Position numbers and translations under genes: made by a program
Notes under the pieces: generated by a model
The model's input: the letters and a program-made list of their open reading frames with translations, nothing else
What the model was told of the DNA's origin: nothing
Database searches by the model: none
Assembly (NCBI GenBank): GCA_964187785.1
Contig: OZ076409.1
Span: 20,834,001-20,898,000, forward strand
DNA from: Amphiscolops sp. MND2022
Lineage: Eukaryota
Direction of reading: 5' to 3'
Length of the DNA stretch: 64,000 bases
In this document: one piece after another, positions 27,401 through 39,400 of the stretch
Numbering within the stretch: the stretch's first letter is position 1
How the letters are laid out: every line of letters starts with the position of its first letter

Positions 27401-30400
27401 AATGAACAATATATCCGTTTATAATTCCGCTCTCTATCAATGGGGAATGTAGTTATTTGCATACATAGAAGTACCGTATAGACGGCGAATAGAAGTCGCC
27501 CCCGAAGAGAAGCCGCATTAAGCCTAAAAGTTTCATCTTGAAAGCTATAGCGTATGATATTTCTTCGAATTAGACCACGAAATCACTACGGAAAAAACTT
27601 ACAAGCTGCGGCCTCTATTCCAAGAAATACAATATTTATTCCTATTCCGAGAAATACGGTACTTATTCAAGGACGTCATTCGACCCAAAGCCTTAGGTTC
27701 AAAGTACTTCTACGTTGATGAAGAGAAGAGTTATTGAAGGATTATTGATCTTCATTCTAGGTTTCTACCCAGTGATTAGGCTGCTCTTCTCATCCGAGAT
27801 CTACTGCCCTGGACTGAACGTCTTGATGAAGGGAAAAACGGCAGAAGCCGTTTATGAGTTCCTAGATTCCCAGGTGTTCCAGTCATCCCAGTACCCTTAC
27901 GTGGAAGGATGCAAACAGAACCCTGGATACTGGAATTTGATATACGACCTTTACTTCATGTATCTGTACTTCAGGTAATTCTCACAGCCTCTCCATCATC
28001 TGACTATTAGATTGTTTCAATTGGTTAGAAAATGAGAAATTCTACTGTATACTTTTAACAGCATCCATCATCAATTTGCACTTAGTTGATAAGCAAAATA
28101 TTTAATATGAAGGCATCATGTTTAAATCCAAAAGCTGAATATTGCTTATGTCACTGAATAGATTTTGAAACGGAGTATGTGTGACTTCATGAAGCGCCGA
28201 CTAAAAACGAGCCTGCATGTTTCCATGCAGCATGTAAAAACTTCAATTAATCCCCACTAGGTGAGCCTGTTCCTGTCAGAATTACAATTCTGCTCCCCAA
28301 TTTTAGTCAGAAAAACTCCACTTTCCTATCACTCTATCTCACATTCTCGCTATTGAGTAGAACTCGGTAGATGTAGTCACTGATACTCAAAGGTGGACGC
28401 TAAAGGTGACGCCAATTTGTAATGTTTAGAGATCTCAAGTAATAAAGTATCAGTATCTCGAGATTCAATTTGCTTCGCATTAATTTGGCAGTAAAATTTC
28501 GCATTTTCCCGATGTGCAATTGACTTTCATTGGAGTTCTTGTCTAGTTTCTGAAGGCACTTCATTTTGTAGTGTGCAAGCTGAAGCACCAGTGAAACGAA
28601 TGACAGCAATTTCAAAAAGTCACAATTACCTTGTAGATAGCGGAGGATATCAGTGCGAGAAGTTTTTGATTTCGTATCGGTCGCTGGTTTCTTCCCGAAA
28701 AGCTATTTCTCTGAGGTACGTTTTCTCAGAAAAGTTGAAAAAGGTTTCCGAAAAAAAAAATTTCATTCAAAAGACGTGGTAATCTTAATATGGATTTGCA
28801 TATGCTTGATAATTTGTATCGCGCCAGTGAAATCAGATTCAGTTAAAATGGTTTCATCCCTTCGACGCCAAACTGTTTTCCATGAACTAACATTTTCAGC
28901 CCATTGATTGATTACCTTCAATTTGGGTAGAACAGACGTTATATGCGTTTCATAGCAGAAGTGTCGCTTCATTTATTTTTCGTTTTCTCAGGAAGCTAAT
29001 AATCAACGGTTTCTCAGGTACTGGAAAGCAGGTGTTTGTAGGTTCGAATCTTGTGCTAGAAAAACGTTTTTTTTTCTTTTTATTGAAAAGTCCACAGTGT
29101 TTTCCATTTTTGCAAGGTGAAAGCGTTCTGCGAGCTCAGAGGTCCTTTTTGAGTTTTTCAGCTCCGCAACGTTTTTTCAGGAAAACATTTTTGGAAATAA
29201 TTTTTTTTAAAAAATCCCTCGAAAATTTGGATTTTTTCAGTTAGGTAATCCGTTTTTCATATCTCTTTGGTTTTCTTGGGTAAAAGTTTGAGTTAGCTGC
29301 ATGCCTAAAGTTCAAACAGTTGCGATAAAGAGCTTCCTTTGAATTTTTTTGGCTACTCACTAATTTAGAAAGTGAATCATATCGAAGTGTCCCCTTTGTT
29401 TTTAGTCGGCGCTTTTCGAAGAAAAACGCAGACTATAGTAGTGACTTCTTTTTTTTCAAGACCAACGAACTGACAGATTTTATAAAGAGTTATAAATAGC
29501 TGAGCTGACTTCACTGCACTAACAGTAACTGCAACGCTAGCTATCACTGCTGGCACTTGGCATAGAGGTTAATTAAGCTTTTTGAGGTCTGCCAAGCAGA
29601 AGGACGTGGGTTCGAGTCCCGTCCTTGATCAAATTTTTTTGTGCAGGTTTTTCGGCTTTGTGAGACTTTTTTCGGAAATTTTTTTAATGTCTCCAAAGGG
29701 TCCACCCTTCATTTTTTTTCAATTTTGCATAAGAATGGATGTTCAAAACCTCCCAAAGGGCCCCTTTTACAATTTTTCGGCACTATGCGACTTACCGGAG
29801 ACCAAAAAATTTCGAAAAAAATTCAAAAAAATTTGGATTTTTTAAAATTTTTCCTCACGCGGGTACTGTAGAAGAGAATACTTGACACTTTGAAGTCTTT
29901 TTGCTATTTTTGAGCCTTAGATATGGCGCCGACTTGGGCCGTTCCCGGCTTGTTTTAGTCGGCGCTTTTTGTGTAACAAAAATGGCCTACTCTTACCGTG
30001 ACCTTTCTTGCTCCAGACCACAGACCTCATGCTTAAAGGTCCACTTTCTACAGAGTTTCTCTAAGCCTTCCTATCTTACTAAAAGGCTATCGCGGGTGCT
30101 TCCAAACGCTGCCACTTTATGCTATCATATCTTTCGAAGCTTTTGTCGTTACTAAACAACTCAGAAGGTTTGGTTTTACTGTTTTTTGGCATTTGAGATT
30201 TTTTGCCGAAATTTTTTGATGGCGCCAATGGGTTCCTATTTGGTTTTTTTTTAATTTTTTGCAGCTAACTGGATGATAACAAAGCACAAAGGGTCCTCTT
30301 TTTTGAGTTTGTCGGCCCTATGAAATTCTCATTTTTCGTCTGAAGTTTCTTTTTCATTTTTTTAGAAACTATCAAAACTTTTGACGTTATATCCGTGGTA

Positions 30401-33400
30401 AATTGCGATTTACTAAGAGGAAGTGGAGGTTCGAAAATGTTACGCTAAATCCGAACTATGACGTTATATCCGAAAAAATTGCACTTTACTGAGGAGGCCA
30501 ATGTTCGAAAAAAGCTATCCCTTGTTGCCATTTCCACAAAAGTGTGTCGTTTCAGACTTTTGTTTGACTGTTGTTGTTCCGCAATTGGCTTTTTACGGCA
30601 TTGTGAGCCTTTTTTGAAATTTGTTTGCCAATGATTTGATCTCCCTGTTCACAAAACGATAAAAAGGCCTTCATCCGAACTATTAACGAATTATCATCGG
30701 TCTTTTTCGAATCATTTCGGACCTTGTGAAAAAGAGAGGAAGGCAAATACTTTTTTCGAACTGCCATTTTGGAAACTAATATGCAAAAGTGCATGAACTA
30801 GTTTTCAGATCATAGACTTCTGTAGTTTGAATTGTCACTGTATTTTTGACAGTTATTTGTGGTCGAAATGTGATCTGTTTGTTTGGCTGAAGGCGTATTA
30901 GCAGATTGTACGATAAAAATCGCAGTGCCACTGCAGCCTCTTGTTCAAAGTATTCGTGTAGGCAGACCATGCAAAATCAAGTCTCATGACTAAGATGAGT
31001 TTGTTTTCGACAGCATCTTTGTTTATCATCATCAAGTGTAACTATTTCCAGGTTACTTTCGTGTTTCGGGTTCCAATTTCAGATTTCAGCTGACTTTCTT
31101 TAGCTCTATGTTTCAGTGGCACTACTAACGAGTGGACTAATTTGGTAAGTTGTGGTTTGGTATATGTATATATATTTTGCGAAAATGCTTTGCGAAATTG
31201 GAATCGGGCTGGGGATACTGGTTCCCCGATGTGAAGCAAACGTTAAAGTGTCCAATTGACGGGACAAAGGCGTTGAAGCTGCGCCAACAGACAACAAATG
31301 GATGCCATATTATGGATGCCACAAACCGATGCCATATTAGAGAACATGACGTATGTAGGTGGCATGAACCATGAAAGTGCGACCGCCGACATTGTGTATG
31401 CGGGATGAAACGGGTAGTGACAACGCGTCTTCGGTGCGTGATGGTGCCACCTCCATAGCTTTTTCGCGACGATCCTCGGCTTATCGGGCCGTGGAGGAAG
31501 CTGCCGCAGCCAGAACTGCCATGTTGGAAGCTGAGGCTGAGGCAAAACGGGGCTCGGCGCGATTGGCTGATACCCGTGCTGAGTGCAGTGAGCAGCACAA
31601 GGAAATTGCCACTAAGATTGAGGCGGTGCAGTGCTTGGTAAAAGAAAGCTTGCGGGCCAGATGCCAACAGCATACTGTGCAGTCTGCGAAAGTGGACGCC
31701 ATGGGTTATCGCTTGGAGGAAATGAAAGATTTATTGCTCCAACGCGAGTTACGCATAGCAAGGCAGATGGCTGAGCTCAACACTCAGATGAACACGTTGA
31801 GTGCGATGGCCAGAGGTGACAAACCAAGGAATGAACTATACGCATCTGACATTATTTTAGGATGGTGCCTGCGCGCACCCCTAACCCTCCTCTGACATTG
31901 AAAACAAGTCCTGAAACCGTCGATAGTGTTCCTAAACCAACAAAAGTGACCGGGAAACCTGCGCGTGTGCATATCTGTCCACCTGGCATTTCGAGCCTTA
32001 GTCCGCTGACCTTGCACACTACTCTATTGCAGACCCGAACCCGTGACAGGGGGTGGATCCTATTACTTTAACTTCTTCCACCCTGGACTTGACCGACACC
32101 AAGGCTGCTGCTGTGTCTCATGCCAGTAGTGGGGATGATAACACCCACGCCACTGCTCGGGCACATGTGACAGAGACAAACTCGTTCTATCTAGCTGCCG
32201 ATGAGGGAGTACCCGAGTAGTACTCGTAAAAATTTGGTGGGGGACCTATCTGTTCAGGCCACCAAGGGAAGCGAGGACAATTTAGCGGCATGCAGTGAGG
32301 ATGGCAATGCCAACTCCCCTGAACATTCAGGGTTCACCACAGCAACATCCCGAGCCATGTCCAAGGAGTTAGCTCGTCCTCGTCTGCTTGCTGGCCATGA
32401 CTCATCACAGGCCATGCCCAGTGTATCGTGGGGTCTAAAGAGGGCTCTATCGACGGCTGGATATTGGTCATGCGTCTGCACCTGTGATGTAATGCACCTG
32501 TGAATCCTGTGACTGCACCACCTGCCATGCGTGCACCAATGTGTACATGTTTCAATTGTGGGCAAAGGGATCATTTTGCTCGTGAATGCCCCAATTGTGA
32601 TCAGGCCGGCAAACCAGCGGTGCTACCTGCACCCAACGAGGCTATGAAGACCACCGACGAAGATGTTGTCGAATATATCGGAGAGAACTGCTCCGGGTAC
32701 GTTTCTGCGTGAACTGCGGCATTGTAGATCATGTTGCGGCGCAGTGTTGGGAAACCCCCGTGAGCGACGATTTCGCCTACAGTCGCTGGGCCGGAACAGA
32801 TTCGGCTGGCGTTGCTGCTCATACGGCGACCTCAGAGGACGACCGTGAGTTGCTGCTGCATCCTGCTGAGCATCCTGTCTTGTAAACACCCCTCATTGTG
32901 ACCTGTGGCGCGAAACAAGTTCAAAGAGTTTGGAACCCGCCACCTTCGACGCTCAAGGTCGCACCCTATTATCAATCCATTTGATGCTGGTTGCAAAGCA
33001 GCAGCATCGTCATCGGTTGACTTTGCCGAAACTATGGGCGGAGCTAGCAGCTCAATACAAGAAAACTAAACTGTGCTAACCAAGATGAAGCAGACGTGAA
33101 GGTCGAGGCGTGCGTGGTGGTGGAGATATTACCGCCTGGAATCTGTTTGGGCCCACAGTTGTTACGATGCTACAACATCAGTCGACAGGTACCTACCAGC
33201 GAAGCCCTGATCGACGAGCGTGCCTCGCTCGTGGTATCTTTCGTGGTGCCCGATGTGGCACCTATTCCACTGCGAGGCCTGATTGTCACTGGTTCGCGGG
33301 GTCTATTCTGACATTCTTTGCCTTCAACCGTGTCGCCGTCCAGTTTGGTGCGATGCTGAAGCCATATTGCCTTGACTTGTATGAAGCCAACGGTGAAACT

Positions 33401-36400
33401 GTCAAAACCTTTGGTATGGCGGAGTGTGTGCGCTTCCAATTGGGTGGGTACGAACTCGAGACCAACTTTGTGGTGATGGACGACGCCATGAGTTTGGAAG
33501 ACTTCCTATTGGGTCGCAACTTTTTGAGAGCCTTTCAGGTCCTTATTGATCTGACTTCCATGAAGATCTGGTACGAGCACCAGTCAGACGTGTTTGACAT
33601 CACACCCTCATTCAGTTTGGTAATCCCGATTTAGTAGTCCCAGTTGCTCTGTGCCAAGACTTAGTTTCACAACCACTTGAGCGCACGGTGGTGCGAGCCG
33701 CAGTGGTCAATAACAATCTAGAATCACTAATCGTTCAAAATGTCGTGCTAATCGCTTCCATTGCGGACGCGTACCTGAAACTTGTATTTTTAGAGGACTG
33801 TTTCGCTGTTAATGGAGAGGCAGGTCACCTCTTTGTCAGCATATTAAACCTGTCAAGAAACCATCAGTGTGTGCGCGAGGGTACTGGCATGGGAACCGTG
33901 GTGCCCGTGGCGCTTGTGTACCGCGCAATTCCACAGCAACTTTCGGATGCTGCGGAAGCGAAAACTGAGGTCGTTAATGACCACCTTTACATTCTGTTTG
34001 TAAAGTTTACGAAGCTTCAAAATTGAATACGCAGTCCCAATTAACTTCCTCGCCAGTGGTTAAACTTTTGTCTTCTTCTGGTCCTAGTGCGGAAGGCCGC
34101 GAGAAAAGAAAGCGTATAGATCCTGAGCTGATGGTTCCGTTACCAGGACCTGAGTCCTTGCTCTAGGAGTTCAAGGCCCTGTGGGCATCTGAAGCAAGCG
34201 TTTCTCTGGGTGTCAACCGAATTTGACGACCTGTCAAATTGAAGCATAAGGCCGACATTGGTCGACACATCGCCAAACACCCTATTGAGTTAGAGCCTGG
34301 GTCTATACCGCAACGCGAGGATGCGACGAGGATCCCCCCTAAAAAGGCAGAACGTGCCAACCAGGAGGTGCGTAACTTTCTGGCTCTTGGCATGACTCAA
34401 CCATCCCTATCACCTTGGGCTGGTGGTTTTGTGATGGTTAAGAAAAAGATCAAGTTGCGCTTTTGTTGTAACTTGCGCCGGTTAAAAGAAGTAACCATCA
34501 AAGACGCCTATCCTCTACCCAGGATTGACGAAAGCTTAGCTCGGCTAGGCAAAGCCACGTTCTACACCAGCATTGACCTGGAGTGGGCTTTCTGGCAGAT
34601 TCCTGTGAGAAAAGCCGATCGTCAGAAAACAGTTTTGCCTGTGAACTGGGGCTCTTGGAGTAGAGGCGCATGCCTTTTGGCATGTGCAATTCTTCTGCCA
34701 CGTTTCAGAGGGCAATATCTCGAGCACTACAGAAACTTGTGAATCGTGAAGGAAGCATGGTCATGGCCTACATTGATGATATACTGATCGCTACGGAAAC
34801 TAAAAAGGATCACATTGTCCGACTCTGCGAAGTCTTTGAGTGCTTGCGTGAAGCTGGCTTCAAAATGCGCGTGGCCATTTGTGACTTCATGAAGTCAGAA
34901 ATCAAATACTTGGCCCGTGTGGTTTCCGTGGAGGGCGTAAAGCCTGATCCCAAAGCATATGCGAAATAGCGTGACTGGGTCATTCCCCGCACCAAAAGGA
35001 GATGGAAACTTTTCTAGGCTTTGCTAACTACTACCGCGAGTTCATTCCATGACATGCCAAGCTGGTAGCACCTTTGCATGCATTAACTGGAGTAAAAGCC
35101 GTATTTTCATGAGGGTCCGAACAACAACAGGCCTTCAATGAGATGAAAAAATGCACTGACTGAGGCGACTGCTCTAGCACAGCCCGACTCCGAAGGAGAG
35201 TTCAAAATGGACACAGACGCCAGCGCTGTTGTAATTTCCGGAATCTTGTCTACGGAGCAAAAAAACTGACTGGCTCTCAAGCTAAGTATGGCGCACCCGA
35301 GCTCGAGATGTACACCGCCTACCACTTTATTGTAGGAAAATCACAGTCACTTATGTCCGCGAGTTCTTTTTGAGAGTGGATAACCAGGCTCTCTCTCGGC
35401 TGAACACGTACTCCACTGATCAAACCCTCATTGGTCGATGGATAATGGTACTTGAAATTTACCATTTTTGTGTCGAACATCGTCCAAGGACACTGTACCG
35501 CAATGCCGATGAGTTGTCCCAACGAACCAGTGACTATCGTTGGCGGCAAGAACCGCTCAAGAAGCTGCCAGCCGTAGCCGAATGATGGAATTTTTCATCA
35601 AAGGACGAGTAAGATCAATTGCCAGTTGCACCTTGGTTTGATGTGCAGGGTTGTGTGATAGCTAATCACCCGGACCTGCCCGAGCATCTACAACAAGTGA
35701 AGCCTGCTACTCCTAACTTGGTGCAGCGCATCGTTCGTCCAACTCAACGAATAAAACAGCGAGAACTGCAGAAGGTGGCGCTCCAACCTCCCTGACTGCG
35801 CCATCCCCACCTGTTTTGCATGCTGACGAGGATGTTTATCTTGAATATCCTGAGGATTGGATAGATGTGAGCGACGAAACAAGCCATCAATATCTGCTGC
35901 CGACACATGCTACCAATTTGGCTTCACGAACTACCTACACACTGGCTGAGACCAACGGTCCGGTAGTGCAAAACGCACCCTCGGGTGTAATCCAAGCTTT
36001 TTTGGCCGTTCGCGATCTGGACACTGAGCTTCACGAACATACCAACTTTGTACATGGCATCAAGAATTTGGCGTTAGCTCAGAATCGTCATGTTCATATT
36101 CTGGCCTTGAAAAAGCAAGTCCAGCATGAGAACATCGATCAGGATATTATTCCACAGGACGTGCGTGCATTCGCACGCAACTACTTCAAACAGACAAAAA
36201 ACCTGTTCATCAACAAAAACGGAGTTCTGTGTGCGAGATACCTCTTTCTCAAAGTTGGCTTAATGAACGTGCTGGTATGATTGGAGGAACCAATAGGTTC
36301 CTGGCTCAACCAATATATCGTGGCCTGAGAAGCCCTTGTCCTTGGACAGGCCGTGAAAGATGCGAACTTACATATGCCGAATGTTATCACGCTCAATTCG

Positions 36401-39400
36401 CGACAACAACGCTACCTGTGTCAGCTCGCGCGCTGTCAGTATCTCTTCCTGCCTAGGTAACCAGTTTTGGCTTCGGCTGGCATCTAGTTGTAGGGACCAA
36501 TGAATTCAAATTAAAAGGAACTGAGGAGCAATGACTATCAACAAGGTGCTAGCTCTCGCACTAGCTTGGGTCCCACAAAGTTCGTGGCTGGTCCTCTAGC
36601 CATCGTGGTTGACATGGTTGCTGCCTGCAACCGTATCGAGTTCTAAATCTACCTGGTGCTGGCTCAGGGCAACATGAGTAGCCTGATCGGTCTGGGCGAG
36701 TTTTGGTATCTCCAGAATAATTAGATTACATTGAGCTCCTCTTGAGGTTGAGTGCCTCCCTACAGCACTTATTGTATTTTTCTCTGGTGTTCGCGTTCCG
36801 CTTGTTCGTAGGCGTCGACCAAGCCCAGGCATTACACAACCCGGAAACCGAGAGGCCTGGTGGAAGCGCGGGGGTTCTCGTTGCTTCAAAAGCTAGCCGA
36901 CTTGACATTGGCTGAAGTGGAGGACTTAGTTCCAGTGCTAGCACCGGTGAAAGCCCCTATCTTCGGACCAATCGGGACTCTGCGTTACCGGACGATACCA
37001 ATATGTGGCGGTGCAGGTGCTAACAGTGTCTATCGGCAACTCCTCCATGGCGAACCGCTAATGTGTTACGAGTATGCCGCTCGAGATCTCCTGAGTAGCG
37101 ATGTGCCACAGGCACAAACGACCATCAAGACAGAGTAGCAATCCGAGGAAAATATGATGAGAGTAGCTAGTTTTCTGCCCGGCGAGTATGGTCCTATCAA
37201 CTGGTACAATGCTCCTCTGGGTCTGGACGGGAGACCGGTCAGGTTTCCCTGGTCGACTCACGTCCTAAGGACAATATTTCGTGCTAGCTTGCGAGCTAGT
37301 CCTTATGGCAATTCAAAGTATGCCTCAAATCCAAAACTGTTAACGGAGAGAGCCTATGGGCTATCCTCGTGCCCGTCCTATTGCTCGTGGTCAGGAACAC
37401 CTGTATCACCAACTGCAGTATTTAGACTTTGCACGAGTGCAACAATGGATTGAGGACGCTGCGCAAGTGCGAGAACGCAACTTATCTCGCCGTATGGACC
37501 CTGTGCACTATGAACCTGCATGGAACCAGCGGGTGACATGTCGCTGGTGCTGCACGATGTAATCAATTCGGTTTTTGGTCCAGTGATTCGCGGAGTGGGA
37601 AGATGAGCCTTCGAAATTGCCTGTTTCAATGACTGGAAAATAGATTGCGGGCTCTGGAAACCACCTGGCTGGATATCGAAACGTGTGGCCGTGGCTGCCG
37701 CTAGCAGAGCTGAAGCTGAGCGCGCTCGGGCACTAGCTCAGCCACCGAATCCGACTCCAACGATGGCTATGTCCCTGGATCAGCAATTGACTGTAGATGC
37801 TCCTGATGACGCCGTAGAGCTGTCTGAACGAGTAGATCAGCCCATGACAGCAGATCAGTCAGGGGAACACGCCGCAGAACTCACCCCAAACGCTGCGCTT
37901 GTCGAACCGATCGACGGCTTAACCCTAGATACAGATACCGAGACTCTTGTGTCGTCACCTAAACGCTGAGCTCCCGTGGGCGACAATACATCTGCTTCAG
38001 AAGTATCCCCTCGCAGCCGTCATAAGTCTGCTGTGCAGCAAAGCATGCCAAAACAAAGTAGGTGAGCTAAAGGCTCACCGAAAAGCTCTCAACAAACTGA
38101 TGAACTCTTGCCAAACCTAATGCCTTCATATACTTAACGGTTCTTACCTCTTAGGTGCAAATTTAGTTTACGTTACTTAGTTAGTCTGTATTTATATTGT
38201 GCCGCGGGTGTATGGCCTCAGAGTGCGCCTGCCTCGAGTGCTTGAATTACCAAAATCACCAACTGTTTAAAAAGAAAACCAAGTAAAAAATAACGGCTTC
38301 TATTTTGTTGCTTCTTATAAATTTTCCTGTCCAGTGCATCTCTAATATATATTTGCTCGAACTTGTTGAAGTTAGGGCTACTTTTTGTCAAAAATGTACA
38401 CATATGGTTCATTTAACACGATAAAAAGTTTAGGCGGAGTTAAACGAACAAGCGAGTTTCATCAAATTCTCTTCTGGATTGCTCGTTGTTCGGGAACCAC
38501 GGTCAAAGTCAGGGTTCCTTGAACTTGCCCAGACATGGAAATCTCTAAGAAACAACTTAGCGGCCCTCACAGTAGCTACTGATGCATTCGCAAACCCTCA
38601 CCATACGCAAGTTAGTCAACATTTGCTTTGTTTTGTCTCCTCAAATACTTTCTCTGCCCATGAAAAAATCACTACAGAAAACTGAATTGACGTACTGGAA
38701 CAACTTCAAGTTGTTGTCGCCATCATTCAATATTAATCACTGTTCAATCAACCCGGCCATGCATCAAAAATTTTCAATTTTCATAGAAATTTCTGGTAAT
38801 AAAATTTCAACTAATATAAAAGGAAGATATCCGTTAGAGCTATTGGATTTTCAGGAACTTTGGTGTTCTTTCGAGTCCCCTGTTTCAAAGTCTCCAGCAG
38901 AATCAAAATTCAATTCTATTCGTTCATAGACGATTAGACAATTGTTCATAGACGAATAGAATTGAGTTTTGATTCTGCTTGAGACTTTCAGACAGGTGGT
39001 TTCAAAGAGCAAGTTTGAAGTAGATTTCGGTTAACCGTTTGAGTTAGTAATACCCGGGTTGGCAACCAATCGCTGTTAACCGGTGGTCGCCAATGCTACT
39101 CGCGGTGGTACATCCATCAGTGACTTCAGTAATATAAAACAATCAGATGAAATAGTCCCGGTGAAAATGTCTAAGCATAATCTATGTTCACAGTCTGTTT
39201 GTTCGTAGACTCTACGAAGTTTATCTTCTGGTTCTAAATCCAGCCACAACATTCCGTCAGGAAAGTCAATAGAACTTCGATGTGTTTACTTAAAGCTCAC
39301 TGTGCTTCAAAAAAAGTTGAGCCATTTACACTTGTGACAATAATACAAATACATGTAGTACATTCGAGCATCCATACGAAGGAGCTCACGGTTTTTTATG

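Noticed and set aside
29552..29640. Functional tRNA gene
   Set aside because: A and B boxes and a T-arm are present, but I could not form acceptor or anticodon stems, and it sits inside a repeat with diverged copies.
11382..30155. Many short Lys/Phe-rich ORFs (KGPP/GGPF words)
   Set aside because: Chance frames within the non-coding HINE-like repeat copies.
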